A stretch of DNA of 64,000 nt, taken from contig CANKZG010000001.1 of assembly GCA_947488435.1 (NCBI GenBank), forward strand, positions 734,308 through 798,307, written 5' to 3'. Positions within the stretch are counted from its first letter, which is position 1, and every line of letters begins with the position of its first letter. Source of the DNA: an uncultured Flavobacteriaceae bacterium (lineage in GTDB: Bacteria > Bacteroidota > Bacteroidia > Flavobacteriales > Flavobacteriaceae). The notes beneath the pieces are model-generated. The model had not been told where the DNA came from. It worked only from the letters and a program-made list of their open reading frames with translations, and did no database searches. This document shows, piece by piece, positions 30,320 to 38,296 of this stretch. The position numbers and the translations under genes were made by a program.

Positions 30320-30392
30320 AGGAGTATAGTTCAATTGGACAGAACGCTGGGCTACGAACCTAGAAATGCGAGTTCGAGTCTTGCTACTCCTA
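30320..30392 (+). tRNA. tRNA-Arg(ACG)
   Basis: Acceptor AGGAGTA/TACTCCT 7/7, D-stem GTTC/GAAC, anticodon arm CTGGG-CTACGAA-CCTAG, T-arm GCGAG-TTCGAGT-CTTGC, A73. Confidence 0.8.
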
Positions 30393-30413
30393 CTAAAACA
30401 AGAGAAATTTTAG

Positions 30414-30434
30414 CTACGCATAATCATTGCGTAA
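30414..30434. promoter_or_regulatory. palindrome copy 3 (CTACGCA-taatcat-TGCGTAA) inside the tRNA array
   Basis: 6-bp arms TACGCA/TGCGTA with 7-nt A/T spacer, same architecture as copies at 21084 and 22930. Confidence 0.35.
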
Positions 30435-30498
30435 TTATGGTTCAATTTTGCCTTGTAATAAAAGCAGTCCTTATAGGGAAAACGGGGCTGTAATAGTT

Positions 30499-30530
30499 CC
30501 CTGCAGCAAATTTAATGCTGCAGGGTTTTG
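30499..30530 (+). terminator. strong rho-independent terminator closing the first tRNA block
   Basis: 9-bp GC-rich stem CCCTGCAGC-aaatttaat-GCTGCAGGG followed by TTTTG. Confidence 0.7.
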
Positions 30531-30536
30531 ATAAAT

Positions 30537-30740
30537 ACCTCTTTAGCTCAAAGGGAAGAGCTGTGGTAAAGGATATTGATCGTAGCCACGGAGTGATTGG
30601 AAGACGTTGTTAGCGGCGTGCCTGCTAATGAATAGAATTTGCAGAAGCACCGAAATGAACAAGATTCAAAATAGGGAAGCGCATTTATAGCCAATCTGTT
30701 CGTTTCGACGAAAGTGCCAGTTCGAATCTGGCAAGAGGTA
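30537..30740 (+). ncRNA. tRNA-like element (204 nt): acceptor stem 7/7, D-arm and T-arm intact, anticodon arm replaced by ~130 nt of structured sequence
   Basis: 5' ACCTCTT-TA-GCTC-aaagggaa-GAGC; 3' GCCAG-TTCGAAT-CTGGC-AAGAGGT-A; interior has several hairpins incl. a UUCG tetraloop (TTCGT-ttcg-ACGAA) but no anticodon stem-loop. Confidence 0.3.
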
Positions 30741-30750
30741 CAAAGTTCAT

Positions 30751-30780
30751 TGAAAAAAAAATTCTGCCTAGGCAGAATTA
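30751..30780 (-). terminator. rho-independent terminator for minus-strand transcripts
   Basis: Plus strand reads AAAAAAAA-ATTCTGCC-tagg-GGCAGAAT, i.e. hairpin followed by U8 on the minus strand. Confidence 0.5.
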
Positions 30781-30920
30781 ACAATATCAAGCTGGTCTTG
30801 TTGGGTGTTTCTGTATAGCACTATTGTGTGAAGCGTTGCCATAGGGTATAATGTTTTCATGTACAACTTGACTTGATGGTTTCGATTGTTCGCCAAAAAA
30901 CGATCACCACTCTGTGAGTC

Positions 30921-31012
30921 ATGGGTTCGAATCCCATCAGTCCCAAATGGGACTGTAGTTCAGTTAGGTTAGAACAACAGACGGATGCGCAGGTTCGACT
31001 CCTGCCAGCGGC
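30921..31012 (+). pseudogene. tRNA debris: T-arm + 3' acceptor (ATGGG-TTCGAAT-CCCAT-CAGTCCC-A) immediately followed by its matching 5' acceptor + D-arm (GGGACTG-TA-GTTC...GAAC) and a second T-arm lacking an anticodon arm
   Basis: Hand-folded; looks like a permuted or tandem-decayed tRNA pair; no complete cloverleaf. Confidence 0.4.
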
Positions 31013-31023
31013 CACTTTTTTTA

Positions 31024-31067
31024 GGCCCTGTAGCTCAGTTGGCTAGAGCACTACACTCATAATGTAG
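31024..31067 (+). pseudogene. 5' two-thirds of a tRNA-Met/Ile2(CAT): acceptor 5' strand, D-arm, anticodon arm; T-arm and 3' end missing
   Basis: GGCCCTG-TA-GCTC-agttggcta-GAGC-A-CTACA-CTCATAA-TGTAG, then no TTCGA T-loop and no CAGGGCC partner. Confidence 0.45.
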
Positions 31068-31450
31068 GTTTCTAAAGCTGACCATCTTTTAAAACTGGTC
31101 TCCAAGCCCTGTTAGGCTTAAAATGACAAAAACCGTAGGTATAAGTCAGTTGGTTTTTCTTCGGATAAATCAACAGTCTTGAAACTACTTTGAAATAGTG
31201 AATTTTTGATGCGAAAGGCAATTTCTTTTTGAATATCCTTCCCTCGGAAAAACCAATAAAAAGTATTGGCAACGTCGACCGAAGCATACCAAAAAAACAA
31301 ATCGTAACGAGCTTCGAAAACCAATATTTCCGTAACGGATAGATGAGTTATAGTTGCGGTTTTTTAAAAGAGAAAAACAAATTAATACTAAATAAGAAAT
31401 CGTTTAACCCGTTCGTCCGTCACTAGACTGGCGGACACAAATTTTAAGTA

Positions 31451-32551
31451 ATGAAAAGAGTAAGAATCAATGCAGGAAGAGTAGGTTTGGTCTTCAAAAG
31501 AGGCGATTACCAAAGAGTAATTACCCAAGGTACACACTGGGTAAGCTTCAGAAATATGGTTAAGGTATATGACCTTACCAAGGCCTTTGTTGCCCCTATA
31601 GCATTAGAAATCTTGCTACAGGACCAGGGCTTGGAAGCTATGTTGCATATCATCGAAGTTAAGGATGCTGAATTGGCTCTAGTTTCTGAAAACGGAAACT
31701 TGAAACAAGTCCTTACTGCTGGTAAGTACGCTTTCTGGAAAGGTCTGATAAACTTCGAGTTCGTTATGGCGGACTTGAGTAAGATCTATATCACTGAAGC
31801 TATCAGCAAAGCAATGTTGAGCCATCCTCAGTTGCGAGCGTATGTTCGTACTTTGGAAGTTGCGGCTTACGAAAAGGCTGTCCTCTTGGTTGATGATGTT
31901 TATGTCAAAACGCTGGAAAGTGGTACCTACCATTTCTGGAAGAACGACATCTCTATCAAAATTGCCAGAGCGGACATGCGTCAATTGCAATTGGAGATTT
32001 CTGGTCAAGAATTGTTGACCAAAGACAAGGCTGCTATTCGTATCAATTTCTATACACAGTATAAAGTTATAGATATCGAGAAGGCTTTGCTAGGCAACAA
32101 AGACTATGAAAAGCAGTTGTATATCGCAATGCAATTAGTATTACGGACCTATATTGGCACCTATACCTTGGATGAGCTTCTAGAACGAAAAGAAAGCATC
32201 GCTGAAGCTGTGTTTGGGGATATCAAAACTGCCGCTACCCAATTGGGTGTTGCAATTTTGAGTTGTGGTATTCGTGATGTTATCCTGACCGGTGAAATGA
32301 AAGATATTATGAACCAGGTTTTGGTTGCTCAAAAGAGAGCTCAAGCGAATATCATTACCCGACGTGAAGAAACTGCGTCTACCAGAAGCTTGCTGAACAC
32401 CGCGAAGTTGATGGAAGACAACGAAATGCTCTACAAACTGAAGGAAATGGAATACGTTGAAAAGATCGCCGAAAAAATCGGTGAGATTACCGTCTCTGGC
32501 AATGGAGGTATGGTAAAACAATTGAAAGAGATTTTCTCAGTCAATAAGTAA
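31451..32551 (+). CDS. SPFH/band-7 (slipin-like) domain protein with extra N-terminal domain
   Basis: 366 aa; C-terminal half has SPFH-like pattern (…VLVAQKRAQANIITRREETAS…). Confidence 0.55.
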   Translation: MKRVRINAGRVGLVFKRGDYQRVITQGTHWVSFRNMVKVYDLTKAFVAPIALEILLQDQGLEAMLHIIEVKDAELALVSENGNLKQVLTAGKYAFWKGLINFEFVMADLSKIYITEAISKAMLSHPQLRAYVRTLEVAAYEKAVLLVDDVYVKTLESGTYHFWKNDISIKIARADMRQLQLEISGQELLTKDKAAIRINFYTQYKVIDIEKALLGNKDYEKQLYIAMQLVLRTYIGTYTLDELLERKESIAEAVFGDIKTAATQLGVAILSCGIRDVILTGEMKDIMNQVLVAQKRAQANIITRREETASTRSLLNTAKLMEDNEMLYKLKEMEYVEKIAEKIGEITVSGNGGMVKQLKEIFSVNK

Positions 32552-32599
32552 ATAGTCAAAATGCACTAACTAAAGTTAGTGCATTTTTTATATGATTAT

Positions 32600-33352
32600 T
32601 TATCGATGCATCCGATCAAGTATTTCCAGCACTTCTGCCTTTTTTCGCACCGAAACGGGAACATGTCCCCCATTTTTAAGCAATAAATAGCCTCCATCTG
32701 TTTTTACATAGGCACTAATGCATTGTAAATTAACTAAATGGCTTTGATGAATACGTAAAAACTCATATTCTTTTAATAACTCTGCGAAGTATTTTAATGT
32801 TTTTGTTACAAAGATTTTTTGTTTATCCTGTAAATGAAATATGGTGTTGTTGCTATCAGATTCACAACGCACAATATCATCCAAGTTTACAATAATGATC
32901 TTGTCCAGTGTATGTAAAGAAATTTTATCGGGCTTTTCTTCAGGTGTAGATAAGGTGTCTTTTAAGATAGCCAAACGTTCTTCCCCAGGTTGTAATTGTT
33001 CTTTAGCTCTGTCAATCGCTTGGGCTAATTCTTCATGAGTATACGGTTTTAAAACATAGTCGATAGCGGCAAATTTAAAGGCCCGAATTGCAAACTCATC
33101 ACTAGCTGTTACAAAAATAATCTTTGATTGTAAATTAGGAACAATCTCTAAAATATCGAAACTAGTTCCATCTCCCAGCATAATGTCTAAAAACAAAATG
33201 TCCGGTTGTTGTTTTCGAAGCAATTTTGAAGCTTCCACAACACTTTGTGCCGTTGCAACAACCTCAATATCAGGATGATTCTGGGCTAAATCGTTCTTCA
33301 AAAGCTGCAAAGCATCGGGAAGGTCTTCTACTAATATTGCTGTTAACTTCAT
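32600..33352 (-). CDS. LytTR-family two-component response regulator
   Basis: 250 aa; CheY-like receiver (DILFLDIMLGDGTSFD) + C-terminal LytTR DNA-binding domain. Confidence 0.85.
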   Translation of the reverse strand: MKLTAILVEDLPDALQLLKNDLAQNHPDIEVVATAQSVVEASKLLRKQQPDILFLDIMLGDGTSFDILEIVPNLQSKIIFVTASDEFAIRAFKFAAIDYVLKPYTHEELAQAIDRAKEQLQPGEERLAILKDTLSTPEEKPDKISLHTLDKIIIVNLDDIVRCESDSNNTIFHLQDKQKIFVTKTLKYFAELLKEYEFLRIHQSHLVNLQCISAYVKTDGGYLLLKNGGHVPVSVRKKAEVLEILDRMHR

Positions 33353-33356
33353 GCTA

Positions 33357-36300
33357 TTAATAATCTGTTTGTAATGGTATTTTAAAGGTAACTTTAGTAC
33401 CTGCTATTGAGCCGTTTTCAGTTGCAAGCTCTTCAATTACTATGGCGTTTTTACCAGATATAGATCGCAGCCGCTCTTGGGTAACTTCCAATGCCATAGA
33501 TTGATGATCCGTTTTCGGTTTCTCCTTTTGAGATTCAAAAATACCTACGCCATTATCGATTACTTCACAATGTAAAAACTTTTCAGTAGTTGAAAAAATA
33601 AGTTTTAAAACGCCTTCACGAGGCCCTTTCCCTATGCCATGCCGAATCGCATTTTCTACAAAAGGCTGAATAAGCATTGGGGGTATTAAAATTTCTTCGC
33701 TATCCATTGCAGTTTCTACTTGCATATCGTAAGTAAAGGGACGGGTGGCCATTAGTTGTTCTACTGCGATATAATGTTTTAACGTTTTGATTTCTTGATC
33801 TAAGGTAATGGTGTCTTTCCTCGAATTATAGAGGGTTTCTCGAAGTAGCGTCGCAAAACTATTAATTGTGCTGTTCATTTTTAATGGATTTCCAGAGCCC
33901 ATTGCTTTTATTCCGTTAAGCACATTAAAAATAAAGTGAGGATTCATTTGTAATCGGAGTGCTTTTTGTTCTAGAGCCAACAGGTGATTCTCTAACTGTA
34001 GTCGTTCTTGCGCACGTTTGTTCTTACGCTTTACCCGTCTAATGTAACGCCAAGTGAACAACAATAACATCAACCCAATAGCACCGAGGACCGAAGCCTG
34101 GAACCACGATTTTTCATACAATGGGGTTTCAATAAAAAAATTAAACTGAATACTATTACTTTCCTCCCATCTAAAATTTCTGGCTTGAGCTGTAAACGAA
34201 TGTGCGCCATAGGTTAGTCCTGCAAAATTTTGCTGATTAATTTCAGACCATGGACTCCACTCATTGTCATTCAATTTAAATCGATATTCAATATCCTTTG
34301 GATGATCCAAATCTATGGCACGGTATCGAAATGTGATCTGTGTTTGATTTGGTTTAAGTTGTAATATTTTTGAACTATTCGTCCACTTCTTTAAGTGCAA
34401 AGAGTCTACTGTTTTATAATCTACCTCAATCTGTTCAAAATACAGTTTGGGTTTTACTGTAGCTTTGACAGTTTCCGAAGCTTGATGTTGTGTGAGCCCA
34501 TAAATAGCTCCAAACCACAAGTTTCCATCAGCATCCATATCCACGGCATTAAGACAGGTTTCTATTCCCAAAAAACCATCATTTTCGCCAAAGTGAAAAA
34601 CGTCGATAATAGTGTTTTCTTGGCTTAAGATAATTTTATCCACGCCACGTTCCGTGCCTACCCAAAGATTCTCATCGGCGTCAAAAATAAGTTGGTAAAC
34701 ATTTTCAGAATAAGGCGATTTATTTCCGTTAAGTTTTCCAAAGCGTTTAAGATCATTTATCGGAGACCACCATATCCCGCTTCCCGAGGTGCCTAAGTAT
34801 AAATTCTCATGATGGAAAAGCAATGTTCCTATGGGGATTTCTTGATCCAACACCTTCCCTAAATCGGTAAGTTTATCGTTTTGAATATATCCCAAATGCC
34901 CTTTTTGAGTTGCATACCAAAGGCGTCCATAAGCGTCTGTTTTCATTTCCCGAATCAGAAGATCTTCCAAACCTTGTTTTTTGTCATAGGTTTTTAAAAC
35001 TTTCAGTGCGCCTTTTGAAGTGTCGTAGGTGAATTTTACAATTCCGCTTGCATAAGTTGCTGCCCACATCACAGAATCTATAGGGTGTATTTTACGAATC
35101 CAATTGGAAGGGAGACCTTTCGCTGTGTCAATAATGTGATCTATGGCTATTGTTTTTTGAATAGTATCTAAGGGAATTGCTTCTGGACTTTCATCCGAAA
35201 TTACAATACTATCGACGATTTTGGTTTCTCGATAAAGAATACCGCGACCATCTGTTCCAGCCCATATATCTCCCTTAGCATCATGTGTGATCGTTTTAAT
35301 TTTAACGCCTTCAAAATAATTATCAATTTCAACCGAATGCAAGCCCAGTGAATCTATTTTTAAAAGTCCTGCCTCAGAATTTGAAGTCCATATATCGGTT
35401 GCTGTAGCATGCACTGCATAGACTCGATCTCCTTTTAAACCAGTATCCTTATCGTAATGCTTAAAGTTGTTTTCGAAATATTTGTAGAACCCACCTCCAG
35501 ATGTGGCAATCCACACATTAGTTCTGGTGTCTGTAATAACCTTGCGAATGTGTTGTACTCCGAGTCCTGCAGAATTATCAAGTCGCTTCTTTTCTTCGTA
35601 GCTTTTAACATCTAGAATTACAATTCCATCATTATCTGTAGACACCCATAATTCGTCTTTAAGGATTGCTAAGTTATTTATTCGCAAGGGTTCCCGAAGT
35701 AAGAGTTCTTGGCGTCCCAATTTTTTATTGAGTACCCAGATTCCATCTGTAAAAGTTGCTGCCAAAAGATGATCCTTGTTAAGGGTAAGGGCCGTAAAAT
35801 TGCCAGCTCCAAGTTTATAAACCTCATCGACTTCCTGCGCCTCGACACTTGCACGCCAAAGTCCTGTATCGGTAGCAATCCAAATCCAATTATTCTCAAA
35901 AATAAGGGCATTAATACGACCATTATCAATTTCCTCATGAAGTAATATACGCCTTAAGTTCCCTGTTTTTTCAAACAAAAATATGCCTTGAGATGTTGCT
36001 AAATAGTATTTGGTGTTATTCTTATAGATTGCATTAATCTGAGGTCCTTGAAGGTTTGAGAAGCCATTTTTATGTTTAATAGACAAGCCTTTTTTTGTGC
36101 CTATAAAAAGACTATCGTTGCTAAAATGAAGTGCATGAATGTAATTTGATAGCAGTCCATTTCTTTCATTAAAAACTTCAAAATCAACCCCATCAAACCG
36201 TGTTATTCCTCCCCCTTGTGTCCCGAGCCATAAGTACCCTATTTCATCTTCAATAATATCATATACCTGAGATTGTGGTAAGCCATCGGTAAGCGTGTAA

Positions 36301-36401
36301 GCCCTTAATTGGTTGTTTTGTGCCTTTGTTATATTTGGAGAAACCCAGATCAGTATACCCAGGAATAAAAGAAGAATTCGATACACTTGCTGTTGTTTCA
36401 T
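33357..36401 (-). CDS. sensor histidine kinase with periplasmic two-component-regulator beta-propeller / Y_Y_Y domain
   Basis: 1014 aa; signal peptide, repeated propeller blades, one TM, then LytS-type His kinase + HATPase (…NPHFIFNVLN…). Confidence 0.8.
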   Translation of the reverse strand: MKQQQVYRILLLFLGILIWVSPNITKAQNNQLRAYTLTDGLPQSQVYDIIEDEIGYLWLGTQGGGITRFDGVDFEVFNERNGLLSNYIHALHFSNDSLFIGTKKGLSIKHKNGFSNLQGPQINAIYKNNTKYYLATSQGIFLFEKTGNLRRILLHEEIDNGRINALIFENNWIWIATDTGLWRASVEAQEVDEVYKLGAGNFTALTLNKDHLLAATFTDGIWVLNKKLGRQELLLREPLRINNLAILKDELWVSTDNDGIVILDVKSYEEKKRLDNSAGLGVQHIRKVITDTRTNVWIATSGGGFYKYFENNFKHYDKDTGLKGDRVYAVHATATDIWTSNSEAGLLKIDSLGLHSVEIDNYFEGVKIKTITHDAKGDIWAGTDGRGILYRETKIVDSIVISDESPEAIPLDTIQKTIAIDHIIDTAKGLPSNWIRKIHPIDSVMWAATYASGIVKFTYDTSKGALKVLKTYDKKQGLEDLLIREMKTDAYGRLWYATQKGHLGYIQNDKLTDLGKVLDQEIPIGTLLFHHENLYLGTSGSGIWWSPINDLKRFGKLNGNKSPYSENVYQLIFDADENLWVGTERGVDKIILSQENTIIDVFHFGENDGFLGIETCLNAVDMDADGNLWFGAIYGLTQHQASETVKATVKPKLYFEQIEVDYKTVDSLHLKKWTNSSKILQLKPNQTQITFRYRAIDLDHPKDIEYRFKLNDNEWSPWSEINQQNFAGLTYGAHSFTAQARNFRWEESNSIQFNFFIETPLYEKSWFQASVLGAIGLMLLLFTWRYIRRVKRKNKRAQERLQLENHLLALEQKALRLQMNPHFIFNVLNGIKAMGSGNPLKMNSTINSFATLLRETLYNSRKDTITLDQEIKTLKHYIAVEQLMATRPFTYDMQVETAMDSEEILIPPMLIQPFVENAIRHGIGKGPREGVLKLIFSTTEKFLHCEVIDNGVGIFESQKEKPKTDHQSMALEVTQERLRSISGKNAIVIEELATENGSIAGTKVTFKIPLQTDY

Positions 36402-36471
36402 TTAGACATTCGTTACAAAGATAGAAAACCCCTTGTTAAATAGGAGTTCCTGTATTGTAACGCAACACCTA

Positions 36472-37524
36472 TTATAATATTTGATACAGTTTTTTTGCCT
36501 CAATATTAGTTTCATGATATTCATTGGTGTCTAAGCTACTTAAGATAGGTTTCAGCACACAAAGCACCGTAGTCTTTCCTTCAACTGTCAGCTTGGTGCC
36601 GTTTACTTTACTTTTCCACCGGTATTTCTCTAATGGAATTCCAAATTGGAATAGGGTGGTAGCCATCTCATCATTAGATGCAATCCAATCTAAGAGCCCT
36701 TCTTTATTTGCAAATTTGGGAATTTCCGCCTTGGCATTAAACGAAAACTCCCATTGTACAGGCACATTAAACTTATAGGTATAGAGACTTCCTAAATGGT
36801 GTTCTTCTCGCGTTTTAAGAGCTCTAAACCAGTCAATTTTTTCATTAGGATAAGCTGCTTCAAAAGTTTTGGAAAGTTCAAATGGGCCAGGAGATTCTGC
36901 AGTAGGATAAAAGCCATAATATGGTTTTGCTAAATAGTGGGATGCATATTTTCCTCCAAAAACATTAAAGTAGCTAGAGGCATATACTTTTGGAGCTTTG
37001 TGATTAGTGAACACCGCTTTTAGTTCCTCTAGCAACCTAATATTGTCTCCTAAACCACAGGAATGAAAGATTATTTTTGTTTCGGACTCAATTCTTGTTT
37101 TAAGACTTGGAATTGCATTTGATACTCGGGAGCTAACTAACGATTCATACGTAATTCGCGCTCCATTCTTTGAAGTTCGTAATGCCATACCCTTCCATGG
37201 GTTACTGTGGCTAACGATATGTATTTCTCCAAGGCTTTGCCCCTTTTTATTGGTGTTAAGCCAATGTATCATTTCTTCAAGCGTATAGATATGATTTACT
37301 ACTTCAAATTGCTTTTCTCTGAAATACTTAGAGGCGTTTCCGTAGTATGTGTTTGTGCCTTGGTCGAATCCCGCAATAAAAACGATCGGGGAACTATATT
37401 GCGGGATTTCTTCCAATAAAACTTCGGTAAGTTCAACAATATCCTTTTGTTCAATAGTTTTAGTTTCTATACATCCCGTTAAAAACAACAGGCAAAAACA
37501 AAATAAGTATGCTATTGATTTCAT
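36472..37524 (-). CDS. hypothetical lipoprotein
   Basis: 350 aa, lipobox LFLTGC. Confidence 0.4.
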   Translation of the reverse strand: MKSIAYLFCFCLLFLTGCIETKTIEQKDIVELTEVLLEEIPQYSSPIVFIAGFDQGTNTYYGNASKYFREKQFEVVNHIYTLEEMIHWLNTNKKGQSLGEIHIVSHSNPWKGMALRTSKNGARITYESLVSSRVSNAIPSLKTRIESETKIIFHSCGLGDNIRLLEELKAVFTNHKAPKVYASSYFNVFGGKYASHYLAKPYYGFYPTAESPGPFELSKTFEAAYPNEKIDWFRALKTREEHHLGSLYTYKFNVPVQWEFSFNAKAEIPKFANKEGLLDWIASNDEMATTLFQFGIPLEKYRWKSKVNGTKLTVEGKTTVLCVLKPILSSLDTNEYHETNIEAKKLYQIL

Positions 37525-37538
37525 CTCTGGACGATCTT

Positions 37539-38105
37539 TTAATATTTTGTATATACAATATCTCTTGGGAAACTAAAATCATTATCATTCCAAACTATTT
37601 GTTGAATAGTTTCTATTTTCTTAATCTCCTTGGCGCTGGTATAAGCCACTTTCTTTTTTAAAACGGCACCTTCTATACCAAAAGTCTGATTTGGAAAAAT
37701 ATAAGATTGTAGGGTTGCTTCACTTCCGCAATACACATTCTCAACCTTAGGAAGTCCAATAAAGTCCCCATTATCTTTGGCCAAATAGTAATAGGTTTCT
37801 TCACTCGTGCAACATGCCGCATAGATAAGGTCTACTTTTATTACACGATTAACACCCTCTAGTTCTGGGTTATCTAAAACTGAGATTTCAATTTCTTCAA
37901 ATGTATCGTTAAAGGTTACTTCATAAGTGGCTATGGCACGGTCATCAGGAGTAGTAGTTACAAGTTGAAAAACATGAGGGGTATATTCACTTTCTTTTAC
38001 TTTATTTTTTTCTACGATTTGATAATCATTTGTTCTCACAAATTCCTGTGCCGGTAACCATTGAAAGCTAATAAGTATGACTAATGTTAGTGTTATTTTT
38101 TTCAT
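37539..38105 (-). CDS. hypothetical secreted protein
   Basis: 188 aa, N-terminal signal peptide. Confidence 0.35.
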   Translation of the reverse strand: MKKITLTLVILISFQWLPAQEFVRTNDYQIVEKNKVKESEYTPHVFQLVTTTPDDRAIATYEVTFNDTFEEIEISVLDNPELEGVNRVIKVDLIYAACCTSEETYYYLAKDNGDFIGLPKVENVYCGSEATLQSYIFPNQTFGIEGAVLKKKVAYTSAKEIKKIETIQQIVWNDNDFSFPRDIVYTKY

Positions 38106-38296
38106 TATAGTAAGTTTTAATGCTATTCCTGTTACAATTCAAAAATATGAGCTATAAACTAGGTTTTTAAGGGTATTTTAGAATTCGTAAGGTTTAATCT
38201 AGAATTCGTAATTATTAAAAAAGAAGGGAAGCTTCGCTTAAGCCTCCAAAACCTTAGCGGGTTTACTTCCCTTCCTATAAAGAGGTCTATTGATCG

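Noticed and set aside
30537-30740. Possibility that the 204-nt tRNA-like element is tmRNA (ssrA)
   Set aside because: It is too short (~200 vs ~350-400 nt), lacks the G3-U70 alanine identity pair, has a normal D-stem, and has no recognisable tag reading frame.
28946-30790. ORFs 28946-29221(-), 30119-30493(+), 30548-30790(-) in the tRNA region
   Set aside because: The region folds into consecutive tRNA cloverleaves and terminator hairpins; the ORFs are artefacts of reading through tRNA genes.
31072-31324. Overlapping minus-strand ORFs 31072-31287 and 31118-31324
   Set aside because: They sit in the tRNA-fragment/debris zone, overlap each other in different frames and have no motifs; most likely non-coding.
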